Shown: piece after piece, positions 51,394-61,207 of the stretch
Layout: the number at the start of each line of letters is the position of its first letter
Position numbering within the stretch: position 1 is the stretch's first letter
Source of the DNA: Candidatus Multivoradales bacterium
Lineage (GTDB): Bacteria > Acidobacteriota > Thermoanaerobaculia > Multivoradales > J023
Reading direction: 5' to 3'
NCBI GenBank assembly: GCA_965248925.1
Contig: CBDFLE010000006.1
Span: 1,728,001 to 1,792,000 of the forward strand
DNA length: 64,000 nt
Translations under genes and position numbers: made by a program
Notes under the pieces: generated by a model
Databases searched by the model: none
Told to the model about the DNA's origin: nothing
The model's input: the letters and a program-made list of their open reading frames with translations, nothing else

Positions 51394-53937
51394 TCAAGGC
51401 ACCGAGGCGGTCCACTCGCTGGTGTTACCAGACTCGAAGCCATCGGTGAAGATCAACTCGGGATTCTCGCCCACGAACACCGTCGCGTCTGTCGACACCC
51501 CACCTTGACGGGTGACCATGAACATGCGGTAGGTGCTAGTGCCCGCTGGCATCACAGCCGTAGAACCAGCCGAGTTGCCGGATAGGATCACACTGCGATC
51601 CACCGACTGGTGCAGGAAGCTGCCGGCCAGGATAGACCACGACAAGGTAGAAACCTCACCCAGATCGATCGACACCGGCGAGGCTTGGAAATCGGCGTTG
51701 GGCACCGCCCCCGTATTGACCGTCGCCAGAAAGTCTTCCGTGCCTCCGACCGTCAAGGTGTGGGTGCCCACGCCGGTGCTCTGGAAGGCCGCCGCGCCAC
51801 CACCGATGGCGCCACCGTCCAGGGTGGCGCTGGCGCCGCTCCAGGCATAGCCCAAGAATGACTCGGTAGAACTCGCCAGATCGTCGGCAGCCACCAGGTT
51901 GATGATCGCCAGCGGTGCCGCCAGCAATGCCCCCATCACCGGCGCCGAGCCGGCGGTGATGCTATTGACCTGCGATTTGTCAGTGTTGGCTGCCCCAGTG
52001 CGGGTCACCACCAAGCTGTCGAGTTCAGCAGCAGTAGCCGCCCCTGCCAAACCATTGCGGAAGATATCCCCACCGAAAGTGTTGTTGAAGAAGGTGTTGC
52101 CGTTGTAGCGAATGTCGTTGATCGGCCCGTTGTGCTGATCACCTTCTGAGATCGGCAGACCGATGCTGCTCGAGAAGGCTGAGTTGGCGATCGTGCCGGT
52201 GGCGCCAACCGCTGGACTCAACAACACTCCACTGTGCATGTCGGCGCCGTGGGATTGGAATAAGCCTTCGCTGACGCCGGGACTGACCTCGTTGTCGAAA
52301 AACTGACAGCTATCGACGTCGATCGTCGCCCCCTGCACATAGAGCGCGCCGCCAAATGTATTGGCGCTGTTGCGGGCAAAGGTCGTGTTGGTGACCGTGG
52401 CATCGGTTTCGAACACCACCCACAAGCCACCACCAGAGCTACCCGCGCCACTGGTATCGCCGCGCTGTAGCAGGGAGTCTTCGATGGTCATATCGGTGAG
52501 ATAAGCATGGATGGCGCCACCAGCTACCGCTACGTCACAATCATCAAAGATGACGTTCTGCAGCAGGGTGAAGGCACGGTGGAGCGGCGCGTTAGGGGTT
52601 GCCGGCACACCGCCGAGGCCATATTGGCGGTTGCCGTCGCCGATGGTCGACAGGCAGCCACCCTTCTGGCCGACCTCACCAACCCCATCGAAACGCCCTT
52701 GGATGAAGGTGTTACGCACCGTCAGGTTGGCGGTCCGCCGGTTCACTCCCACATCCAATGGCGTGTCGTTGGAGATGATTGAGATGCCGCCGCCGATACC
52801 TCGATTGCCGGTGCCGGTCGCCTGGTTGCCGCGCAACACCGAGTCGTCGATGGTGACGATCGCCCGGTAGAGATTGACCCCGCCGCCGTTCTCGGAGCGG
52901 TTCTTCTCAAAACGGGAACTGTGAATCCGGATCGTCGTCTGGTTCTCGGCATGCACCGCGCCACCCTCGGTGGCGGTGGGCGGGGTCACGCTTTCGTCCG
53001 GCAGGTTGAAATTCTCTATGAAAGTGCAGTTGGCGATCGTCACATCTGCGGACGGCGTGGTCACCGGGGTTTGCCAGGTGCCGATGGCATAGACCGCGCC
53101 GCCGGCAAAACCAGATTGGTTATCGACGAAACGCGAGTTGGTCAGCCGCAGCGTCGAGTCGACCACCGAGATCGCGCCGCCGGCCGAGGTGTTGCGATGG
53201 CCTGGCGGATTGGTCCGGTTGCTGAGGAATACCGAGTCGTGAACGTAGGCCACCGAGTCCACCGACAGCCAGATCGCACCGCCGGCATTGTTGGCGACGT
53301 TGTTCTCGAAGCGAGTACCGCGGACGTGCAGCTCCGAGTTTCGTGCCGCGAACACCGCCCCACCACCGGTGCTGGGCACCGCGGTGGTGTTGTCCTCGAA
53401 CACGCAGTCGATGAACGAAGCTTCGCCGTCGCGCATGGTGATCGCGCCACCGATCGCATCGGTGGTCGATCGGCCGTCGCGGAAGGTAATGCCTTCGAAA
53501 ACCACCCCGCCACGCAGCGCCACATTGACCGTGCGGTAGACCACGATCGGCCGCGTGCCACCACCGCTCAGCACCACATTGGCGCCGGCCGCGGCGCGCA
53601 CCGTGAAACGCTTATTGACATCACTGATCAGCGTCCCCCCGGCCGGTGCCAGGTAAGTGCCGCCGGCAATTTCGATGGTACCGCCATCAACCACCGCCGC
53701 GATGGCACTCTGCAACGTGGGGTGATCAGCCGGAATATGGATGGTCTGAGCGCCCGCTGGCGCCGCAAAAACTGCCGCCGCCAGCACCGCCACCGTGAAC
53801 ACTACCGCCACCCCGGTAACAACCGGGGAAGCAGCCAACAACTCTCTCCTTGAGGAATCTCTCACCACCGTGTCTCCACTCTCTCTGTCCAGATGAATAG
53901 TGTCCTTGCACCGATGCGAATCCCCATGCCCAGCCAC
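51394..53937 (-). CDS. Secreted right-handed beta-helix (PMP-like GGAI/FxxN repeats) protein with C-terminal FTDGFE motif
   Basis: Signal peptide ..APAGA|QTIHIP; many FxxN..GGA(I/V) repeats; ends LIFTDGFESGNTSEW; start uncertain. Confidence 0.82.
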   Translation of the reverse strand: MAGHGDSHRCKDTIHLDRESGDTVVRDSSRRELLAASPVVTGVAVVFTVAVLAAAVFAAPAGAQTIHIPADHPTLQSAIAAVVDGGTIEIAGGTYLAPAGGTLISDVNKRFTVRAAAGANVVLSGGGTRPIVVYRTVNVALRGGVVFEGITFRDGRSTTDAIGGAITMRDGEASFIDCVFEDNTTAVPSTGGGAVFAARNSELHVRGTRFENNVANNAGGAIWLSVDSVAYVHDSVFLSNRTNPPGHRNTSAGGAISVVDSTLRLTNSRFVDNQSGFAGGAVYAIGTWQTPVTTPSADVTIANCTFIENFNLPDESVTPPTATEGGAVHAENQTTIRIHSSRFEKNRSENGGGVNLYRAIVTIDDSVLRGNQATGTGNRGIGGGISIISNDTPLDVGVNRRTANLTVRNTFIQGRFDGVGEVGQKGGCLSTIGDGNRQYGLGGVPATPNAPLHRAFTLLQNVIFDDCDVAVAGGAIHAYLTDMTIEDSLLQRGDTSGAGSSGGGLWVVFETDATVTNTTFARNSANTFGGALYVQGATIDVDSCQFFDNEVSPGVSEGLFQSHGADMHSGVLLSPAVGATGTIANSAFSSSIGLPISEGDQHNGPINDIRYNGNTFFNNTFGGDIFRNGLAGAATAAELDSLVVTRTGAANTDKSQVNSITAGSAPVMGALLAAPLAIINLVAADDLASSTESFLGYAWSGASATLDGGAIGGGAAAFQSTGVGTHTLTVGGTEDFLATVNTGAVPNADFQASPVSIDLGEVSTLSWSILAGSFLHQSVDRSVILSGNSAGSTAVMPAGTSTYRMFMVTRQGGVSTDATVFVGENPELIFTDGFESGNTSEWTASVP

Positions 53938-54203
53938 GCCGAGCCGAAGAAGAACGACCTCTTCCCATGCTAGAAAGCAATAAACACGCCAGTCAGGTGG
54001 CCACCTCGAAGCCGTGGTTGATTGCCCAGAAACTATGCCTACAGAGAGACAACACTCTAGATATCAGTATTTTACACTGACGCGATCAGTCCAAGATCAG
54101 AGTTCAGGCTCAACACGAAACCAGCACATCATTCTATTTAAATAAACAAATGTCAATAAATGTCACTTGCGTGACACCCATCCGTCCTCCTCGCCACTCT
54201 CTC

Positions 54204-55439
54204 TCAGGGCCGCTTTCCCGCCCATTGCCGGAGGTCGCCGTTCTCGAAGCCATCGGCGAAGATCGCCCCCGGCTCGGCACCATCCGCGGCCACTAGCAAG
54301 TGGCGCAACAGCACCGGATCGCCGAAGAAGCGTTCCGCCACTTCAAGCACCACGATATCGGGCTGCTCCTTCTCGATCAGCCGATAAGGCAGGCGCATGC
54401 CGGGATTGAAGACCACGCGAACGAAGTGCTCAGCGAGGTAGGGCTTGAGTCGATCGCCGAAAGAGTCGACCGCCATCACCGCTCGCAAGCGCTGCTCTGG
54501 GGCCTCGAAGACCTCCAGCGCCAACCCCCGTCTGGGGTCTGGCCGCACCGACTTCACGCGGCGAGCTGCGGGATTGGCGAGAGTTAGTTGTAAGACCTCC
54601 TCGCGGGCCTGGTTGCGAGTCCCCATGAACAACGATAGATCGCCACCGAGCTTGACCTTGGGAGCGCTGGTGAACGCCGCCAAGGGAAGAGGCTGGAGTT
54701 GGGGAAAATAGCGCCCCAGGATCTTGATCCACTCACGATAAGCAACGAACTCGCCCAGCGGACTCCAATGCGTATCGTAGCGGCGATACACCTGCCAGCC
54801 AGCTTGCTTGGCCTGCAGCAAGGCGGGCCGCATGTCGACCACAGGCACCTCTGAATGTGCCGCCAGGTGCTCAACCAATTGATCCAGGGGGGACTGCCGC
54901 CATAGGGGTCGCGCGGCGGCGGGCAGGTACTCCGGATAGATGGTGTGCTTGTTTGGCGCGACCACCAACACGAAAAGAGCACCCCGCTGACGACAGGCCT
55001 GGTAGTGAGTTTCGAGAGCCTGCCGCCAAATTTCCAACCGAGTATCGCTCAGCGGCCGCATGCGTTGGTAGTCGATCAGCGGCGAGCCGGCGAGGTACAG
55101 CCAGCCCTGCCGACCGATCGACGCCTTGGGCACCGGCGAAACACCCAGCAGCCGCCGCTTGATCCAGTGGTGACCGACGATCAACGGCTGCCGCAAGCTA
55201 AAGTGGTCCTTGTAGTAGGCATCGAAACGCCGCGGGTAGTGCGCCAGTTGGTGGGCATCGGTCGGCGGTGCCGGCCGCTTCGTCTTGCGCCGCTTTTCGA
55301 CCAGGCGCACCCCCGAATCGAAACCCACCAAACCAGCCACCCACGGTGCACCGACCACCAAGGTGAAGCACAGCACCAAAAGCACCCGCCAGCGGTGCTG
55401 GCCGGCAGCTCGATCCTTGCTGGGAAGTTCCGACCGCAT
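54204..55439 (-). CDS. AlgJ/AlgX-like SGNH O-acetyltransferase with C-terminal FADGFE motif
   Basis: N-terminal TM, GRQGWLYL, APNKHTIYPEYLP, DTHW, DSF; ends IFADGFENGDLRQW. Confidence 0.85.
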   Translation of the reverse strand: MRSELPSKDRAAGQHRWRVLLVLCFTLVVGAPWVAGLVGFDSGVRLVEKRRKTKRPAPPTDAHQLAHYPRRFDAYYKDHFSLRQPLIVGHHWIKRRLLGVSPVPKASIGRQGWLYLAGSPLIDYQRMRPLSDTRLEIWRQALETHYQACRQRGALFVLVVAPNKHTIYPEYLPAAARPLWRQSPLDQLVEHLAAHSEVPVVDMRPALLQAKQAGWQVYRRYDTHWSPLGEFVAYREWIKILGRYFPQLQPLPLAAFTSAPKVKLGGDLSLFMGTRNQAREEVLQLTLANPAARRVKSVRPDPRRGLALEVFEAPEQRLRAVMAVDSFGDRLKPYLAEHFVRVVFNPGMRLPYRLIEKEQPDIVVLEVAERFFGDPVLLRHLLVAADGAEPGAIFADGFENGDLRQWAGKRP

Positions 55440-55440
55440 C

Positions 55441-56865
55441 TCAGAAGCGGAAATAGATAAACGGATCATGGGTTTGAGCCGACGCCACTAGGACGCTGAG
55501 CACCAGAACAAATGTACTGGCCAGAGTCTCGACAGCAGCTAATGAAGTCGGTGACCAACCTCGGCCGCTGAGCTTCGAAAAACTGAAGCGGGCGACCGGC
55601 AGAGCAGCCACCACACCTACCACCAAGGCGACCCACAAGGGCGAATCCATGTAGAACTCCAAGCGGTGGGAATAGTCGTCGCCCCGCCGCCAACCCACCA
55701 TGCTAGCCAGCATGGCCGCCGCTCCGGCAAAGGTCTCAGCGCGAAAGAACACCCAGCCGACCATGGCCACCAGCAGAGTGTAGAGATGCCGCAGAGGCAA
55801 CGGCAGACGTTCTAGAAAGGCCCCCAATCCCAGCCGTTCGAGCACTAGAAACAGGCCATGGAAGAGTCCCCAAATGACGAAAGTCCAACTCGCTCCGTGC
55901 CACAATCCGCAGAGGAAGAAAACCAGTAGCAGATTGAAGTAGGTCCGCCTTGTCGAGCCCCGACTGCCCCCTAGCGGGATGAACAAGTAGTCGCGAAACC
56001 AGCTCGACAGCGAGATATGCCAGCGGCGCCAGAATTCGCGCACCGAGCGGGCGATGTAGGGGTAGTCAAAGTTCTCCAGAAAGCGAAAACCAAACATCCG
56101 CCCCAGACCGATCGCCATGTCCGAGTAACCAGAGAAGTCAAAGTAGATCTGCAAGGTGTAGCAGACCACCCCGAGCCAGGCCACGGCCGGCGACAAATCA
56201 GCTGCCGGCAGAGCAAAGATAGCGTCCGCCGGGCCGGCGAAAGTATTGGCCAACAGCACTTTCTTGCCCAATCCGAGAGCAAAGCGGCGCACCCCCAGAG
56301 CAAAGCCCTCGAGATCGATTCGCCGTTCAAGTAGCTGCCGGGAAACATGGCTGTAGCGCACGATCGGACCGGCGATCAACTGCGGAAAAAGGGCAATGTA
56401 GAGCGCCAGATGTACCGGCCGGCGCTGGGCCGGCACCACCCCGCGATGCACGTCGATGAGATAGGAGATTGCCTGGAAAGTGAAGAATGAGATGCCGATC
56501 GGCAAGTGAATCGACAGCTGCTCGAGCGGCTCCATGCCCAACCCCACCCACGGCACATTGAGAGCGCCGACCACAAAATCGGCGTACTTGAAAATCCCCA
56601 ACATCGTCAGGTTGAGACCCACCGCGCCACCGACCACCCAGGCGGCGCGACTGCCACCCCGCGCCCCCTCGACCCAACGGCCGAGAAAGTAGTTAGCGCC
56701 GATCGACGCCAGCATCAGCGCCAGGTAGGCGGTTTCGCCCCAGGCATAGAAAAAAAGGCTGACCAGCAGCAGCCAGAAATTACGCAGCTTCGCCGGCAGC
56801 ACAAAATGCACCACCAGCACCAGCGGCAGAAATAAGAAGAGGAAGGTTACGGAGCTGAAAACCAC
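55441..56865 (-). CDS. algI: MBOAT O-acyltransferase, AlgI/DltB family
   Basis: LPIGISFFTFQ, FPQLIAGPIVR, DFSGYSDMAIG, FWRRWHISLSSWFRDY, GLWHGA, PFIYFRF. Confidence 0.9.
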   Translation of the reverse strand: MVFSSVTFLFLFLPLVLVVHFVLPAKLRNFWLLLVSLFFYAWGETAYLALMLASIGANYFLGRWVEGARGGSRAAWVVGGAVGLNLTMLGIFKYADFVVGALNVPWVGLGMEPLEQLSIHLPIGISFFTFQAISYLIDVHRGVVPAQRRPVHLALYIALFPQLIAGPIVRYSHVSRQLLERRIDLEGFALGVRRFALGLGKKVLLANTFAGPADAIFALPAADLSPAVAWLGVVCYTLQIYFDFSGYSDMAIGLGRMFGFRFLENFDYPYIARSVREFWRRWHISLSSWFRDYLFIPLGGSRGSTRRTYFNLLLVFFLCGLWHGASWTFVIWGLFHGLFLVLERLGLGAFLERLPLPLRHLYTLLVAMVGWVFFRAETFAGAAAMLASMVGWRRGDDYSHRLEFYMDSPLWVALVVGVVAALPVARFSFSKLSGRGWSPTSLAAVETLASTFVLVLSVLVASAQTHDPFIYFRF

Positions 56866-57102
56866 GGCGAGAGCCTCTCACCCATCGAGCCACCTACTCG
56901 GCCGGCGGCCAAACACCAGGCCACACCGCTCAATTGAGCTGAACAGCGCCTACCTTGCCCCAACTGACCACTGCCGTGCAAGCCCACTGTTCACGCTCCC
57001 CCCGCGGTCGCCATGACCACTGCGGACGACACCGCCGTCCTGGCTTGAGGCCGCTAGAACCGCCGAAGAGCACTAGAAATGCTGCAAATCACCGCCTGAT
57101 CC

Positions 57103-57118
57103 TGGCCTGGAAGTTGCA
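57103..57118 (+). promoter_or_regulatory. Candidate sigma-54 promoter of the PEGA gene
   Basis: TGGCCTGGAAGTTGCA, GG-N10-GC spacing, ~100 bp upstream of the ATG. Confidence 0.5.
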
Positions 57119-57218
57119 GTTGAGCCCTAGATGAGGTGTACTGAGTAGGCTCCGGTTGCCCCACCGTCCGCTGGTGAGGGTCCGTAGAAGTCCGCTCGGC
57201 CGATTAGGAGGATTAGGA

Positions 57219-58481
57219 ATGTTTCAGACACAGTCAACTTCACCACGCTCCGGCCGCGGGTCTTGGCTCGTCGGCCTAGCTGCGGTGGCACTGTGGATCG
57301 CCGCTCCGGTGTTGGCCGGCGGCCAGCTACAGCAGCGACCCAGCTCAACCAGCGCCAAGAGTTCCGGTTCATCGAGCAGTTCGTCCTCAAGCGCCCGCAG
57401 CTCTTCGGGCTCCAGCCGGTCCAGCGCTGGCAGCTCCAATCGCGGTGGTTCATCGCGCAGCAAGACCAGCTCCAACCGCGGCGGCTCTTCACGCGGCAGC
57501 GGTGGCAGCGGCGCCAAACGCAGCAGCCCAAGACCGAGCACTACCCCCTCAGGGTCGAACCGCAAGTGGCGCAACACCATCGACCATCGCTCCAACGGCG
57601 GCTCACAAGGCCGCACCCAAGCTAGCGATTCGCCCTCGCGCTACCGCGATCGCAAATGGCATCCCGACAACAACCCGAGCCGCCACAGCCCCACTCACCG
57701 CCGCAACTATGATCCCTACTATCCGTACTACGGCGGTTATCACTACGGGCACCACGGCTACTACGGCCACTACAACCCGTTCTGGAACTTCACTTTCTAC
57801 GGCAACTACCGCTACCCGGCGCCGTGGTACCCCCACCAGAGCTACGAAGGCCGAGAACTTGGCGGTCTCGATCTCAATGTGCGACCGAAATCGACCGAGG
57901 TCTACCTGAACGGCAACTTTGTCGGCGAGGCGGGCAATTTCGATGGCTACCCGCGCTATCTGTGGCTGGAAGACGGGGTCTATGAGGTGATCTTCTATTT
58001 CGAAGGCTTCGAGACCGTACTTCGTGAGATCGAGGTGGTCACCGGCGTAGTGATCGATGTGCAAGAAGACATGCAGCCGGGCCAAGCCGTGTTGCCGGAA
58101 GAGCTGTCGGCCATTCAACCGGCCGCCGACGAGCGGGTCGAAGTCGGTACCGAGTGGTGGCGCGAAGTCAGCGCCCAACCACCGCCCCAAGGCTTGGAAC
58201 CAGGCTCAGCGCCGGTGATCGACACTCGCGCCAAGCCCGGCCGGATTCGCCTGACCGTAGCGATGGATGACGCCTCGATTTACCTCGACGGTCAATTCGT
58301 CGGTACCGGTCGTGATCTGGTAGGCGGCAACGCCGCGGCCTTGCTGGTCGATGCCGGGGAGCACGTTTTGGAGATCGTCCACCCCCGTCACGAGTCACGC
58401 AAGGTGGAAGTCACCGTCGCCGCTGGCGAAGAGGTCGAAGTCGACCTCGGCCTCGGCGCCGAGCAGAGCGCCAAGCTCTAG
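57219..58481 (+). CDS. Secreted PEGA-domain protein with Ser/Gly- and His/Tyr/Gly-rich low-complexity region
   Basis: RBS AGGAGG; signal peptide; two PEGA-like repeats (EVYLNGNFVG; SIYLDGQFVG). Confidence 0.82.
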   Translation: MFQTQSTSPRSGRGSWLVGLAAVALWIAAPVLAGGQLQQRPSSTSAKSSGSSSSSSSSARSSSGSSRSSAGSSNRGGSSRSKTSSNRGGSSRGSGGSGAKRSSPRPSTTPSGSNRKWRNTIDHRSNGGSQGRTQASDSPSRYRDRKWHPDNNPSRHSPTHRRNYDPYYPYYGGYHYGHHGYYGHYNPFWNFTFYGNYRYPAPWYPHQSYEGRELGGLDLNVRPKSTEVYLNGNFVGEAGNFDGYPRYLWLEDGVYEVIFYFEGFETVLREIEVVTGVVIDVQEDMQPGQAVLPEELSAIQPAADERVEVGTEWWREVSAQPPPQGLEPGSAPVIDTRAKPGRIRLTVAMDDASIYLDGQFVGTGRDLVGGNAAALLVDAGEHVLEIVHPRHESRKVEVTVAAGEEVEVDLGLGAEQSAKL

Positions 58482-58518
58482 CAGGTTACCGCCAGACACT
58501 TCTCTCTTGCACTTCCAA

Positions 58519-58558
58519 GCCCGACGAAACTCGACCCGATTCTCGAGTTTCGCCGGGC
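58519..58558. terminator. Hairpin between convergent genes
   Basis: GCCCGACGAAACTCGA / TCGAGTTTCGCCGGGC 16-bp stem with one mismatch. Confidence 0.5.
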
Positions 58559-58559
58559 A

Positions 58560-59015
58560 TTAGAGGGTGAAGGCCGATGGCTCTGGAGGGACATGGATCT
58601 TTGGGGAGTGCGAATTCCGCAACCGCTCGAAATGGACCTTGTTGAAGGTTACGAAGCCCTCAACTCCTTCAGCCTCGGCAGAGAGTAAATGGATAGCGTC
58701 GAATAGAACGCCTGAGCGGAGACCGCGCTCGCTACAACGACGAATAGCAGCTCGATAGACCGCACCGGAAACCTCAATGGGTCGGAAACTCTCAAGGATT
58801 CGGTCAACCACCAAGCTCGCGGCGGCGGGTGCAAGGCGCTGGCTTCCGGGAATCTTGGTAAGAACCGACCAGATTTCAGCGGCGGCGTGCCAAGTGATCT
58901 GAGCCTCAACTTTGCCCGAAGTTACGGCCCGCGTCCAAGGCCTCGTCCGTAAGTGGTGTTCGTGACCCTCAAGAACAGAAGCGACCAGGATCGAGGTGTC
59001 GAATGCTAGCTTCAT
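58560..59015 (-). CDS. vapC: PIN-domain (VapC-like) toxin
   Basis: FDTSILVA, E..SVLT, FDAIH, VTFN. Confidence 0.85.
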   Translation of the reverse strand: MKLAFDTSILVASVLEGHEHHLRTRPWTRAVTSGKVEAQITWHAAAEIWSVLTKIPGSQRLAPAAASLVVDRILESFRPIEVSGAVYRAAIRRCSERGLRSGVLFDAIHLLSAEAEGVEGFVTFNKVHFERLRNSHSPKIHVPPEPSAFTL

Positions 59016-59272
59016 TCCGCCGGGCCAAGGTCCTTGAGCCGTTGCTCCCGAAGCGCTCGATGATCAGGAATATCCATCGGTTCGACACCAGTGACGACCA
59101 ATAGACCGTCTTTTTCAACCAACTGCGCCTCACGGTGTTGAGGAACCAGAATCAAGCGATCAGCCTCATCGATGAGGGTCAGCCGAGACCCTGCTTCGAG
59201 GCGGTGAGCCCGCCGCACCCGCTTGGGAATCACCAGGCGGCCTGAATTGTCGATGGTAATTTCCTGTGCCAT
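59012..59272 (-). CDS. AbrB/MazE/SpoVT-family antitoxin
   Basis: ITIDNSGRLVIPKRVRR; ATGA overlap with the toxin; start ATG 59272. Confidence 0.88.
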   Translation of the reverse strand: MAQEITIDNSGRLVIPKRVRRAHRLEAGSRLTLIDEADRLILVPQHREAQLVEKDGLLVVTGVEPMDIPDHRALREQRLKDLGPAE

Positions 59273-59295
59273 CCTGCCATGGTACCATGGCAGGA
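59272..59295. promoter_or_regulatory. Perfect 24-bp palindromic operator at the antitoxin start
   Basis: TCCTGCCATGGTACCATGGCAGGA. Confidence 0.7.
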
Positions 59296-59357
59296 CCAAT
59301 TCCGTTACCCGCGGTCCAATTTTGGCCGCATCGACCACTACTGGTTCGCGCGGAACT

Positions 59358-59792
59358 TCAACGATCCTTCAGCCGATAGACAAACTTGTGCCCCGACCAA
59401 TCGCTGTCGATGGCGCAGACCTTGACGTCCACCAAGCCGGCCGCGAGGCCCAGCGAGCGCACTCCACCGCCATCGAGATCGCTGGCCAGGGTTGAGCTTT
59501 TCTTGGCCCACGAGATCCACAACATGCCGGCCTTGTCGAGGCGTCTTTCGAGGCGCTCCAAGGCCCCTTCTAAATCGCGGCGACAGCTGGCGAAAAAGTG
59601 AATGAACATCGCCGGCTGAGGCGGTAGGCGGCTGACGATGCGAACCCCTTCGGGCAGCGGCTCGAGCAGCTGCCGGTAGCCTTCCGGGGCGCGCAATGCC
59701 ACTACCTTGACTCCTGGCTTGATACCCAACTTCTTGGCCAGAGGCGTGCCAGAATAGCCGGCGCCAGCCCTGGCCTGTTTGGCCGGGTTCAT
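59358..59792 (-). CDS. DUF3052-family protein
   Basis: AGYSGTPLAKKLGIK, GLVDVKVCAIDSDWSG; start ATG 59792. Confidence 0.85.
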   Translation of the reverse strand: MNPAKQARAGAGYSGTPLAKKLGIKPGVKVVALRAPEGYRQLLEPLPEGVRIVSRLPPQPAMFIHFFASCRRDLEGALERLERRLDKAGMLWISWAKKSSTLASDLDGGGVRSLGLAAGLVDVKVCAIDSDWSGHKFVYRLKDR

Positions 59793-61207
59793 GCGGCCTC
59801 CTTCGGCCACAGCAGGCTGGCCCCGATGCCGGCGACGAAGCCGCTGACAATGGCCCAGAACGCGGGTAGGAAGCCGAACATCGGCAACCAATCCAGCCAA
59901 CCGGCGACCAGCACTAGATTGCCCACCACCATCGAAACCAGCGCACCGCGAGCGGTGAAGCGGCGCCAACGGACACCGAGCAAAAGGGTCGGGAAGAGGG
60001 TCGTGTAGCCCTCGAAAGCCTTGCGTGAAATGCTGAACACTGAGTTATCCCAGATCATCGCCAAGGCATAAACCACCGCCGCGATAGCCACCGCGAACCA
60101 GCGGCCCACCCACACCTCGGAGACCTTTCGACCACCGCGCAACGGTTCCAGGACATCACGCACCACCATCGAGCTCAGGGTCAGCAGCTGCGCGTCGAGG
60201 GTCGACATCACCGCCGCCAGCACCGCCAGAAAGCCCACCGAGCCGAGGATCGCCGGCATGTGGTTGGCGACCATCAGTTGGAAAATCTGATCCGAGCGCT
60301 CGACCTCCGGAAAAGCCGCTCGACCCCAAACTCCCAGCAACACCACCGGCACCCACAGCACGATCATCGCCAGTGGATACAGCCGGCTCACCCGTTTGAG
60401 AGCGCGTTCGTCCTTGGCCGCCATCAGCCGCACCAGCATGTGGGGAAAGACAATCACCGTCAGCGACACCACCATGCCCCAAGACAGCCACGCCCGCTGA
60501 TCGAAGAGACCACCCGAGCCGACTCTCAACAAGCCCTCGTCGACCTGGCGCACACTCTCCATCGCCGCCCCCAAACCACCCAAAGAGCGCGACACAAAAA
60601 AGAACGCGGCAACCACGAAGAGCAGGAAAAGCGCCCCCTGGAAAACATTGGTCCAGGCCGTGGCGCGCATCCCACCGAGGCTGGTGTAGAGCAGCGCCAC
60701 CAGCACCACCCCCAGAGCCGCCACCCAGGCCGGCAGCTGGCCGCCGCTCGATTGCGACAAGATCAAGCCTGCGCTCTTGACCGCCTGTACCATGTAGGGC
60801 ACGGTGTAGATTGTGTAGAGGGCGAAGAGTAGGTAGCCCACCGCCAGCGAGCCGAGGTGCTTGGCGTAGAGTTCGGCCGGAGTCAGCGCCCCGAGCCGCT
60901 GGCCGATGCGTCGCGCCGGCGAGCCGATGGCCCAGAAAGTCAACGGGATCACCAACGCCACCAGCGGCGCATTGAGGCCAAACACCCCCAATCCCAGGCC
61001 ATAGGCCAGGCCAGGAATGCCCACCAACACGAATGAGGTGTTGTTGGTGCCGAAAAGGGCCATGAACAGCACCACCGTGCCCAGCTTGCGGCCGGCGAGA
61101 AAGTACTCATCCGGCGAACTCGACGCCCGCCGATTGGCCAGGACACCGAGCACCACCACCACGGTGACGTAGATCAGCACCGCCAGTAGAAGATTGGCCA
61201 GCGTCAC
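59789..61207 (-). CDS. Sodium:solute symporter family transporter
   Basis: EYFLAGRKLG, YTSLGGMRATAWTNVFQG, AAVMSTLDAQLL; many TM helices. Confidence 0.93.
   Translation of the reverse strand: MTLANLLLAVLIYVTVVVVLGVLANRRASSSPDEYFLAGRKLGTVVLFMALFGTNNTSFVLVGIPGLAYGLGLGVFGLNAPLVALVIPLTFWAIGSPARRIGQRLGALTPAELYAKHLGSLAVGYLLFALYTIYTVPYMVQAVKSAGLILSQSSGGQLPAWVAALGVVLVALLYTSLGGMRATAWTNVFQGALFLLFVVAAFFFVSRSLGGLGAAMESVRQVDEGLLRVGSGGLFDQRAWLSWGMVVSLTVIVFPHMLVRLMAAKDERALKRVSRLYPLAMIVLWVPVVLLGVWGRAAFPEVERSDQIFQLMVANHMPAILGSVGFLAVLAAVMSTLDAQLLTLSSMVVRDVLEPLRGGRKVSEVWVGRWFAVAIAAVVYALAMIWDNSVFSISRKAFEGYTTLFPTLLLGVRWRRFTARGALVSMVVGNLVLVAGWLDWLPMFGFLPAFWAIVSGFVAGIGASLLWPKEAA

Noticed and set aside
54131-54156. 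Sigma-70 promoter TTGACA..TAGAAT on the minus strand
   Set aside because: The spacing is only 14 nt, so it was not called.
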